Shown here in pieces: positions 30,586 to 39,078 of a DNA stretch of 64,000 nucleotides. The stretch covers positions 1,536,001 through 1,600,000 of the forward strand of contig OZ245033.1 of the NCBI GenBank assembly GCA_965224025.1, given 5' to 3'. The translations under genes and the position numbers were made by a program. The notes beneath the pieces are model-generated. The model did no database searches. It worked only from the letters and a program-made list of their open reading frames with translations, and was not told the origin of the DNA. The DNA comes from Candidatus Multivorans sp. (GTDB lineage Bacteria; Acidobacteriota; Thermoanaerobaculia; Multivoradales; Multivoraceae). Within the stretch, counting starts at the first letter, position 1. Each line of letters begins with the position of its first letter.

Positions 30586-31925
30586 GGGTCTTCAGGCTGT
30601 TGTGTGGGGACGGAGCTGCTAGAGAGGCTGCCGATCGGCCTTAGACTGGCGGGATGAAGAGTGCCAAGACGTTCGAGAGGCTGTTGGGGATCAAGCCGCC
30701 GTGGGGTGTGCGGGAGGTGGTGCTTCGCATGGACGAGCGGCATCCGCGTCGCCGGGGTCCGGTGGTTGGCGGCACGGTGGAGATCCACGTCGAGCATTGT
30801 GGAGAGACTCGCTGTCCGGAGTGCGGTTTGCCGTGTCCGGGCTACGACAAGAGGCATCGCCGTTGGCGTCACCTGGACACGATGCAGCACCAGACTCGGG
30901 TTCACGCGGAGGTGCCTCGGGTGCGTTGCGTCGAGCACGGCATTCGCCAGTTGAAGGTGCCTTGGGCGGACTCGGGTTCGCGGTTCACGGCGCTGTTCGA
31001 AGCGGAGGCTGTCGAGTGGCTGCGTGAGGCAAGCGTGCATGCGGCGGCTTGCCGTCTGGGTCTGAGTTGGGATCAGGCGGCGGGGATTCAGCGGCGGGCC
31101 GTGGAACGGGGTCTGGCACGGCGAGAGATGAAGCCGCCTCGGTTGATCGGCGTGGACGAGACGTCGTTTCGGAAGCGCCACGAGTACGTGACGGTAGTCA
31201 ACGATCTGGGACGCGGGGTGGTGACCCATGTGGCCGACGGTCGCGGCCGGTCGGCCATCGACGGTTACTTCCAGGAGTTGGGTGAGAAGAGCTGCGCGGG
31301 TATCGAGCAGGTGGCGATGGACATGTGGCCGGCCTACATCTCCTCGGTGGAGGAGTACACGGATGCGGACATCGTGCACGACAGGTTCCACATCGTCGCG
31401 CACCTGAACCACGCCGTGGACCTGGTTCGCCGTGCTGAGCAGCGGGAGCTGCTCGAAGCGGGGGATTCGCGTCTGAAGCGGAGCCGCTACCTGTGGTTGA
31501 TGAAGAGTGGACGAATGACGCGCCTGCAGCAGCGGCGTTTCGCTGCTCTTCGCGCGAGTCACCTTCGCGTGGCTCGCGCTTGGGCGATCAAGGAGATGGC
31601 GCGCTCCTCGTGGGGCTACGTGCGCCGCGGCTGGGCCGAGCGACGGTGGAAGCGCTGGTACAACTGGGCCGTCCGCAGTCGCCTGGAACCGATCAAGCAG
31701 GTGGCGAAGATGATCAAGAACCACTGGGATGCCGTCATCAACGCCGCCGTGTCCACCGTCTCCAACGCCCGCGCCGAAGGCATCAACGCGAAGATACAGG
31801 AGATCAAGCGAAAAGCGCACGGCTATCGAAACCGAGCACACTTCCGGCTCGCCATCTACTTCCATCTCGGCGGACTCGACCTCGCGCCGGAGTCACTTCA
31901 TGCCCACACACAACCCTGAAGCGCC
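30586..31925 (+). mobile_element. ISL3 element 2 (transposase 30654-31919)
   Basis: 23-bp IRs (18/23); 8-bp TSD AGAAATTC at 30578-85 and 31926-33. Confidence 0.95.
30654..31919 (+). CDS. ISL3 family transposase
   Basis: CPECG zinc finger, [30 protein letters not shown]. Confidence 0.94.
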   Translation: MKSAKTFERLLGIKPPWGVREVVLRMDERHPRRRGPVVGGTVEIHVEHCGETRCPECGLPCPGYDKRHRRWRHLDTMQHQTRVHAEVPRVRCVEHGIRQLKVPWADSGSRFTALFEAEAVEWLREASVHAAACRLGLSWDQAAGIQRRAVERGLARREMKPPRLIGVDETSFRKRHEYVTVVNDLGRGVVTHVADGRGRSAIDGYFQELGEKSCAGIEQVAMDMWPAYISSVEEYTDADIVHDRFHIVAHLNHAVDLVRRAEQRELLEAGDSRLKRSRYLWLMKSGRMTRLQQRRFAALRASHLRVARAWAIKEMARSSWGYVRRGWAERRWKRWYNWAVRSRLEPIKQVAKMIKNHWDAVINAAVSTVSNARAEGINAKIQEIKRKAHGYRNRAHFRLAIYFHLGGLDLAPESLHAHTQP

Positions 31926-32015
31926 AGAAATTCTGTAAGTGGTACGATGAAGCGCGCCATTCCAAGATGGCGTCCGGCATTCGTATAGGGGATTATGTCG
32001 AATAGTGCCCAAGCG

Positions 32016-32459
32016 TCACGGGATACCGGCGGCGTGGAAGAAGAACCGTTCGAGGTTCTCGCGCACGAAGACATCGAGAGCGATTCGTGTGCCTGCCGAT
32101 CCGGGCTTGTGGAGGTGACAACGCATCTCTACCGCGCTCCATCGAGGCGTGACGATCACATCTGACTGCTCCGCCATCAAGAACCGCAGTTGTAGGCCGG
32201 TCGACTGGAACGATACGGCAGCAACCGACTCTCCGTCTCGTTTTTGCGCGACTCGCAACGTGAGTTCTTCTTTGACGACCTCGTACCGATACTTCTCGCC
32301 CCGGCACTCCAAGAGCTTGTTCATGTCCGCGGTATCGCGCTCGACAAGCTGCCGAACCTCGTTCTCCAAGAGAGAATCCGAGTTGCAAGCCGCACGTCGA
32401 AAGACCCATCGCGGAGCTTCTGTGGCGTTATCTCGTTGGGGTTCTTCGCTCATTGGCAC
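32016..32459 (-). CDS. Hypothetical protein (IS1595 passenger)
   Basis: 147-aa ORF with globular composition, overlapping the upstream ORF stop; ends 1 bp from the left IR. Confidence 0.65.
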   Translation of the reverse strand: MPMSEEPQRDNATEAPRWVFRRAACNSDSLLENEVRQLVERDTADMNKLLECRGEKYRYEVVKEELTLRVAQKRDGESVAAVSFQSTGLQLRFLMAEQSDVIVTPRWSAVEMRCHLHKPGSAGTRIALDVFVRENLERFFFHAAGIP

Positions 32460-32773
32460 TGCGGCGGCAGTAGTTCTTCGATCTTCCGTTCGATGTCGGC
32501 GGCGGCATGGAGGTTCTTCGTGTACTGCTCTATGGCGCGGAGTGCTTCGGCGTAGTCCACGTAGCGCGCATCTCGCATCTCGACCGGATAGCCGCCAGTC
32601 ATTCGGACGTTCTGATCCGCGTCTCCGATGGCGCTCAGCATTGACGCGGCGGCTTGTGTCAGAGACCGAGCGATCCCCTTCGCCTTGGTGCGGTAGCAGG
32701 CTGCTGAATTCTCGGCTTGCCGCCGCTTCAGCATGAGGTCGCCGAGGCGTTCACTGTCCGACATGGAGGCCAT
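32450..32773 (-). CDS. Hypothetical helical protein (IS1595 passenger)
   Basis: About 105-aa ORF divergent from the transposase; ATG at 32773 or 32764. Confidence 0.6.
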   Translation of the reverse strand: MASMSDSERLGDLMLKRRQAENSAACYRTKAKGIARSLTQAAASMLSAIGDADQNVRMTGGYPVEMRDARYVDYAEALRAIEQYTKNLHAAADIERKIEELLPPQCQ

Positions 32774-32810
32774 CTTACCACTTGACAGGACGGGCACTAT
32801 CCTGTAATCT
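32772..32810. promoter_or_regulatory. Transposase promoter with embedded IR core; overlapping divergent extended -10
   Basis: TTGACA(32782-87), 17 bp, TAATCT(32805-10); the spacer holds GGGCACTAT, identical to part of the IR; minus strand TGGTAAGAT at 32780-72. Confidence 0.65.
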
Positions 32811-32817
32811 TCTGGGC

Positions 32818-33807
32818 ATGACGACGACACTGCAAGACGCACCCGGTAAGCACTACCGGAAGGGCATGAGCCTGATCGACGCGATCCGCCTGTTCCCCGA
32901 CGATGCGGCGGCGGAAGCGTGGTTCACGTGCATCCGCTGGCCCGAAGGTCCATCGTGCCCGCACTGCGGCTCCGAGAACGTCCAAAGTGGCGCGAAGCAC
33001 AAGACGATGCCGTACCGCTGCCGGACGTGCCGCAAGCGCTTCAGCCTCAAGACTGGCACCGTCATGGAGGCGAGCAACCTCGGCTACCAAGTGTGGGCGA
33101 TGGCGCTGTACCTGCTCCTGACGGGTCTCAAGGGCGTATCGAGCATGAAGCTGCACCGTGACTTGGACGTGACGCAGAAGACCGCGTGGCACCTCGCTCA
33201 CCGTCTCCGCAAGGCGTTTGAGGCCGAAGGGCCGCGAGTCGTCTTCGAGGGGCCGGTAGAGGTCGATGAGACGTACATCGGCGGTCTGCGGAAGAACATG
33301 CACGCGAAGAAGCGGAAGACCCTTGAAGGCCGCGGCACCGTGGGCAAGACCGCCGTGGTCGGCATCAAGGATCGGGAGACCAAGAAGGTCGCGGCGCGGG
33401 TCGTCCGCTCGACTGACGGCGGGACGCTTCAAGGTTTCGTGCGCGAGCACGTCGAACCCGGCGCGACGGTGTACAGCGACGATACCGGGGCGTACAGCGG
33501 TCTGACCGAGTACGAGCGCGGCACCGTCCGGCACTCGGTCGGCGAGTACGTGGACGGCAAGATCCACACGAACAGCATCGAGTCGCTTTGGTCGATGCTC
33601 AAGCGCGCCCACAAGGGCGTCTACCACAAGCTCTCGCCGAAGCACCTACAGCGCTATGTCGATGAATTCGCGGGGCGGCAGAACATTCGGGAGTTCGACA
33701 CCATCGACCAAATGACGGTCGTATCAGCGTGGCTGGTCGGCAAGCGACTCCGCTACCGCGAGTTGATCGCCGACAACGGTCTGCCGTCCGGCGCACGTTC
33801 GGCATGA
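32818..33807 (+). CDS. IS1595 family transposase
   Basis: CPHCGS..YRCRTCRKRFS zinc ribbon, HTH, VEVDETYIGG, VYSDD, HTNSIESLWS. Confidence 0.95.
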   Translation: MTTTLQDAPGKHYRKGMSLIDAIRLFPDDAAAEAWFTCIRWPEGPSCPHCGSENVQSGAKHKTMPYRCRTCRKRFSLKTGTVMEASNLGYQVWAMALYLLLTGLKGVSSMKLHRDLDVTQKTAWHLAHRLRKAFEAEGPRVVFEGPVEVDETYIGGLRKNMHAKKRKTLEGRGTVGKTAVVGIKDRETKKVAARVVRSTDGGTLQGFVREHVEPGATVYSDDTGAYSGLTEYERGTVRHSVGEYVDGKIHTNSIESLWSMLKRAHKGVYHKLSPKHLQRYVDEFAGRQNIREFDTIDQMTVVSAWLVGKRLRYRELIADNGLPSGARSA

Positions 33808-33816
33808 CGGCGGACG

Positions 33817-33848
33817 GCCAGCGCGCCAGCGCGCCAGCGCGCCAGCGC
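33817..33848 (+). repeat. Simple sequence repeat (GCCAGCGC)x4
   Basis: Four exact 8-bp copies between the transposase stop and the MTase body. Confidence 0.95.
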
Positions 33849-33853
33849 CGGAA

Positions 33854-35206
33854 TTGTCCACTGCAACTTCCGAGCCCAACTGGAAGAACCGGACTTTGTT
33901 CCACCGGGACAACCTAGAGGTCTTGCGCGGCATGAACAGTGAGACGGTGGACCTGATCGCCACAGACCCGCCGTTCAACAAAGGGCGGGACTTCCACGCG
34001 ACGCCCGACAGCCTCGCGGCAGGCGCGTCCTTCAAGGACCGCTGGACGTGGGAGAACGACGTCCAACAAGAGTGGGTGGACAAGATCGCCGATGACTGGC
34101 CTGCGATCAAGGAACTGGTCGAGTCAGCCGGGGCGTGCTACGGCGAGGACATGGCGGCATTCCTGGTCTGGATGGGGATTCGGTTACTCGAAATGCGGCG
34201 GGTACTCAAGCCGACCGGGGCGATCTACTTGCACTGCGACCACACGGCGGGCGCGTATCTCAAGATGCTCATGGACGCGATCTTCGGGCGCAGGCAACTC
34301 AAGAACGAGATCGTGTGGCACTTCCGCACATCGTCAGGAGCACCCAAGAAGCACTTCATCAAGAACACGAACACGATCTTCTTCTACGTGAAGTCTAGGA
34401 ACTCCGTGTTCAATCTCCAGAGAGAACCGTGGCCGGAGTCCACACTGAAGAAGTGGCAGCGCGACTCCAAGGGGAGGGTCTACCGAACCAACAACGGCAA
34501 GCGGTACTACATCGACCCTAAGGGCAAGCGGATGGACAACGTGTGGGAGATCACGCTGTCTTCACGATCTCGGGAGCGTGTCGGGTACCCGACGCAGAAA
34601 CCGATAGCGCTCTACGAGCGCATCGTCCAGGCATCGTCCAACGAAGGCGACATCGTTCTTGACCCATTCTGCGGTTGCGCGACTACATGCGTGGTGGCGG
34701 AGAAACTCGGCCGACAGTGGGTTGGGATCGACATTTGGGACAAGGCGCACGAGACGGTTCTGGACCGCCTACGGAAAGAAGAACTGTCGGTAGGGGGTGA
34801 CCAGGGCGACCGGCTCTTCACCGTTGGTGACGTGGCCTACCGGAGAGACGTTCCGGTGCGAACTGACGATGCCCAGGTCGCCGCTCCCAAGATGCGTCGC
34901 CGTAAGTACTTCTTCGAGGACCCGCCAGACGGTTACACGAACCGCGAGCGGAAGCAGTTGCTCGTCGAGACCAACGCCCGCGACGGACTCGTGTACTGTG
35001 ATGGCTGTGACCGCGGATTCGACTCGCCCGAGTACCTGCAACTCGACCACAACACGCCGCGATCAAGTGGCGGCAGCAACAACATCTCGAACCGTCGCCT
35101 GCTCTGCGGCCCGTGCAATCGCCGCAAGTCGAACACACTGACGCTCATCGGACTGCGGAGGAAGAACAAGAAGGACGGATTCATGGCGAATCAGACCGTA
35201 ACCTGA
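33854..35206 (+). CDS. Beta-class amino-DNA methyltransferase fused to C-terminal HNH endonuclease
   Basis: Motif IV DPPF, then YPTQKP and motif I LDPFCGCATT; C-terminal CDGC...DHNTPRSSGGSNNISN..LLCGPCNRRK; start TTG 33854 or coupled ATG 33804. Confidence 0.9.
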   Translation: MSTATSEPNWKNRTLFHRDNLEVLRGMNSETVDLIATDPPFNKGRDFHATPDSLAAGASFKDRWTWENDVQQEWVDKIADDWPAIKELVESAGACYGEDMAAFLVWMGIRLLEMRRVLKPTGAIYLHCDHTAGAYLKMLMDAIFGRRQLKNEIVWHFRTSSGAPKKHFIKNTNTIFFYVKSRNSVFNLQREPWPESTLKKWQRDSKGRVYRTNNGKRYYIDPKGKRMDNVWEITLSSRSRERVGYPTQKPIALYERIVQASSNEGDIVLDPFCGCATTCVVAEKLGRQWVGIDIWDKAHETVLDRLRKEELSVGGDQGDRLFTVGDVAYRRDVPVRTDDAQVAAPKMRRRKYFFEDPPDGYTNRERKQLLVETNARDGLVYCDGCDRGFDSPEYLQLDHNTPRSSGGSNNISNRRLLCGPCNRRKSNTLTLIGLRRKNKKDGFMANQTVT

Positions 35207-35220
35207 TAAGGATGGAGTCC

Positions 35221-36537
35221 TCAATCGCAATGCTCGGCGACCAGATCGTCCCACGCGGCGCACTTGCTCCGGTCATCGTCCGAGCAGTGCCCAAGGCCCT
35301 TCGGGCAGAGGTTCGCTTGGGCGCGGTACAGATCGCACTGAGCCTCCGTAGGCTTGTTGGCCTCGTGAATCGTCTGAAGGCCCTCGACGGAGACAGCGAT
35401 GCTCGCCGCCGCGCTCTTGCAACTGGCGTCTTGAAGGTCTTGCAGGTCGCTCGTTGCGCCCCTTACGGCGGCGCAATCAGTACCGGCCAAGAACGACCCG
35501 ACATCGACCCGATCAGCTTCCAACGTGCCTTTGAGGTTCGGGACGAGTGGCCGCCCGTTCTCGCGCTTCTGATGGATCTCCGCTGCGGTCGCGTCCAGTA
35601 CGTGCAGCCTCGAAGACCCGTCGGGGTGCGTGAGACTCGCGGCCCACGCGGCACCGGGATTCCTAGCGATCATCTTCTCCCAGAACGCCGAGACGCACCC
35701 CACGTCGTAGCCCGCCCGCGCGGCCAAGTAGACCCCCGCATAGTCGGCCTCGACCTCGAACTTCGGCGCGTGGTAGAGCGCCCCGAGGGCGCTGTAGTCC
35801 TGGTAGACGCCAGTCGCGACCGTCACGACGGCTCCCAGCAGAGCGCCGAGGATCTGGTTCTGCTTCACGGCCGCGAGATGCCCGTAGGCATTGTGCGCGA
35901 GTTCGTGGCCGAGCAGGTACGCGAGTTCGTCGTCGGTCTTGATGAAGTCCATCGCGGCGGTCGTGACCGCCACCGACTTCCCGTCCGCGAATGCGTTCAC
36001 GGTCGCGTGTTCGAGCAGGCCAGCCGGGTAGTTGCAGTGCCGAGTGCTCGCCATGTAGAGCGTGGCTTCGCCTCCGTCTCGAAGAACGGTCAGCCTGTAG
36101 TGAAGCGACTGCGGGCTACGCTTCATCCGTCGCTCGGCTCGTCGTCCAGTGCCGAGATCCTTCCCGTCGCGGGCCACGATCCGGTCGCCCGCTCGCAGGC
36201 CCGCCTTTTCGGCCGGGGATCCTGCAGCTACGTGGGTCACGGTCACGTACTCGCTCGGGCCGTACTTCGCCGTCCATGCACTGCGATAGGGCTGCGCGGC
36301 TGTCGCGAGGTCGGCGAACCAGAAACCCGACATCAACCGCGTCTTCGTGCATCGGCCCGAGTTGGCGCTTGTGAGTCGGAACCAGACGCTCTGGAGCCTC
36401 TCGAACTGCTCCATGTGCTTCTTCGCCGCTTCCGCGACCGTGGCGTTGTAGGCGGTCGGGTTGACGGTTGGTGCCGACGTGGTGGTCGATACGCAGCCGA
36501 GCGCGGTCAACGCCAGTGCGGCGGCGAGTCTCTTCAT
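35221..36537 (-). CDS. M48 metallopeptidase lipoprotein with PDZ domain and Cys-rich tail
   Basis: GGAGGAGG SD, lipobox TALGC, PDZ GSPAEKAGLRAGDRI, VNAFA, LGHELAH, EVEADY, LTHP. Confidence 0.88.
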   Translation of the reverse strand: MKRLAAALALTALGCVSTTTSAPTVNPTAYNATVAEAAKKHMEQFERLQSVWFRLTSANSGRCTKTRLMSGFWFADLATAAQPYRSAWTAKYGPSEYVTVTHVAAGSPAEKAGLRAGDRIVARDGKDLGTGRRAERRMKRSPQSLHYRLTVLRDGGEATLYMASTRHCNYPAGLLEHATVNAFADGKSVAVTTAAMDFIKTDDELAYLLGHELAHNAYGHLAAVKQNQILGALLGAVVTVATGVYQDYSALGALYHAPKFEVEADYAGVYLAARAGYDVGCVSAFWEKMIARNPGAAWAASLTHPDGSSRLHVLDATAAEIHQKRENGRPLVPNLKGTLEADRVDVGSFLAGTDCAAVRGATSDLQDLQDASCKSAAASIAVSVEGLQTIHEANKPTEAQCDLYRAQANLCPKGLGHCSDDDRSKCAAWDDLVAEHCD

Positions 36538-36763
36538 GGGGGCCTCCTCCAGTTGAGGCACCAGCCCCTGGATTGGCGCCGGGCCGTTGCAACCGCCATG
36601 CAGCGAGCACGGACAAGGCTCCCGCCTATTCGCCCGGCTTCGGGAGCTACCCGCAGCCTCAGAACAGGCTGTTGTATTCAGCGGATAACCCGACTCAGGT
36701 CCCGCTGCTGACGATTGCAAGCCGCTACTGTAGCAGCACCAGTTCTAGGAGAACGGAGGCAAC

Positions 36764-36952
36764 GTGAGCAAGAAGAAGCGGAAGATCGAACTGGTCAAGG
36801 CGGACTACCAGCCGTCACGGGCCGAACAGCGCGACGAAGTAGCGCCGCCAGCGGACTTGATGGAGTTGCCGCTGATGGAACGGCTTGCCGAAGGTGCGCG
36901 GCGACTGCTTCAGCCCGTTGAGATCACCTACACCAAGCGCCCGCGCCGGTGA
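36764..36952 (+). CDS. Small hypothetical protein at the right end of IS1595
   Basis: 62 aa, GGAGG SD, stop 3 bp before the right IR. Confidence 0.7.
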   Translation: MSKKKRKIELVKADYQPSRAEQRDEVAPPADLMELPLMERLAEGARRLLQPVEITYTKRPRR

Positions 36953-37021
36953 GCGGCTTGGGCACTATTCGACATAATCCCCCTCGTTTACCTGTTTGGG
37001 CGTCCTCGTTTACTGGTCCCC

Positions 37022-38621
37022 TTACGGCGACTGCTCGCAGTCGAACGTCTGCCTGGGGGCTAGCAGTGCCGTCCCGAGAGCGCGAGAAGTCGTAGTAGAG
37101 GCCGGTGCGGTCAGGCTGGATGACGAAGGCGTACTCGAAGTTGCCGTCGTCGTCGAGACCGAAGTCCCACCTGAGTTCGAGTCCGTTGACTTGGAACCGA
37201 GCTGAGCGGGTCAGTCCAGAGACAGCCACTTCACCGCTGTCCCCCTGGCGTGTCAGGGCAACCAGGGTCGTGTCCGGTTCCCATGACTTGAAGCAACGCC
37301 AAGTCTCGCCCCGGTTCTCAGGTGGACTCTGCGGCGTGTTCGGGGGCTCGGTCTGCCCGAGGATCTCCAGTGCCTTGGGATGACCTTGGTCTGCGGCTAA
37401 GCGAAACCACTCCGCGGCCTCGGACTCATTCTGGGGCACGCCATTCCCTGTGGCGTACAGAACACCAAGCATGAGCTGTGCATCGGCATGCCCCTGCTCT
37501 GCCGCAAGACCAAACCACCGAGCGGTTTCCGCGTTGTTCTTCGGCACACCTCGTCCGCCACCGTACATCAACCCGAGGTTGTACTGGGCCTGTGCGAACC
37601 TCTGCTCGGCTGCCAATCGAAACAGTCGCGAGGCTTCGGCGTCGTCCTGGGGAACGCCATACCCACGCTCGTACATGTGTCCGAGATTGACTTGTGCTCC
37701 ACCGTGGCCCTTCTCTGCAGCCGGGCGGAACCACCGGAGGGCCTGGATGTCGTCGGTTCCCATGTAGAGGGACCCGAGTTCGGCCATCGCTCCAGTGTGC
37801 CCCTGATTGGCCGCTCGGAGTAGCCAGGACAGAGCCAGGCCCTTGCTCTCGTCGTCACCTACATCACCATGCCTTTCGGCGTATGCGATTGCGAGGTCGT
37901 ACTGCGCCTCCGCATCGCCGCCTTCCGCAGCGCCTAGAAGTCGATTGAACTTAGCGTCGCCTTGTGTTTCGGACCCGCCTCCTCCATCCTCCAGCGTCGA
38001 ATCCAGCTCGGCCAGTTCATCGAGCGTGTCCCCGAACATCTCAAGCGTCTGGCCGTGGCCCTGTTGGGCTGCACGATGGAGCCACCTCACGGCTTCGGTG
38101 CCGTCTTCAGGCACACCATCTCCCTCGATGTACAGCATGCCGAGCTTGAACTGTGCGTCCGCGTGGCCTTGTTCAGCCGCCATGCGGAGCCAACGTGCAG
38201 CTTCAACGGGGTCCTTCGGCACACCCCGGCCCTCGTGGTGGTAGAGCCAGAGCAAGAACTGCGCATCGGCCCAGCCTTGGTCGGCAGCGCGGGTGTACCA
38301 ACGTGCCGCTTCGGCGTAGTCCTGAGACACATCTCCCGCCCCAACGCTGTAGATCCCGCCGACCTCCATCTGTGCCTCGGCGTCCCCCTGGTCGGCAGCA
38401 CGGCGAATCCACTTCACAGCTTCGGCGGGATCGGCCTCCATGTATGTAGCCCCGAGTCGAAACGCGGAAGCGGCGTGACCTCTTTCTGCCAGATCCCGTA
38501 GTTGTGCGGCGTCAGACGGATCCAGCCCTCCCGTCGTGTTTGTCTGGGGGTGAGCAGCCGTGGCGAACGCAAGACACCCGGCGAACGCGGGGACAACGAG
38601 TGCGGACTTCCTGTAGATCAC
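37022..38621 (-). CDS. Secreted Sel1-like repeat protein
   Basis: Signal peptide; about 9 AAEQGhAdAQ..LG..Y..G.GV..D..EA.rW repeats; likely stop TAA at 37022-24 if the G5 run near 37057 is really G4 (ORF track runs to 36924). Confidence 0.9.
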
Positions 38622-39078
38622 TTCGCGGAGACACTAACGCACGGCTACGGATGGAGTCACTATCTTCATCCTCCGGCCATCGCCCCGGCCGCGTTTCACG
38701 CGGGGACCGTCAAGAAGCAGGGTGAGCGCCCGCTCCATGTCGTCGCCGGCGACCGGCCAGACGACCCCGGGGCCTTCGTCCAAGGTTTGAGCGCCCAGCC
38801 GGGCTTGGTGGTCGGCGAAGAACGCGAGAAAGCTGCGGCCCCCGTAGATGAGTAGGTCTGCCGCCGCCAGCGTCCGGAGTCCGGACGCGAACGGTCGCAA
38901 TGCGAAGCAGGTGCGGTATGCCGGAGAGGACGAGATGGGCGGAGCTAGGCCCCCAAGCCCGTCGCGTAGGAGTAAAGTCGTATGCAGATGGGACGATCAG
39001 CCACAAGATGTAGTGCCCCTCCGAGCTGAGATGGATGCTACCTAGGGCTGGCGGCAAGCGCTTTCGGCTGGCACACTA

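Larger units (their letters stand above)
28714..31987 (+). pseudogene. Small secreted protein gene split by two ISL3 elements and cut by IS1595
   Basis: Joining 28714-28940, 30447-30585 and 31934-31987 gives 140 open codons with a signal peptide (MRGVVLSILFFALIVGGAPGMA). Confidence 0.85.
31988..36982 (+). mobile_element. IS1595-family cargo transposon, 4,995 bp, five passenger ORFs
   Basis: Perfect 27-bp terminal IRs GGGGATTATGTCGAATAGTGCCCAAGC (31988-32014 / 36956-36982); 8-bp flanks TTCGTATA vs CTCGTTTA match only 6/8. Confidence 0.92.

Noticed and set aside
35113-36711. 532-aa plus-strand ORF inside the IS1595 element
   Set aside because: Antisense to the M48 peptidase, which has the SD, lipobox and HExxH motif.
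38634-39057. Short ORFs between the Sel1 gene and 39079
   Set aside because: No recognisable motif or consistent coding frame; may be gene debris but cannot be supported.
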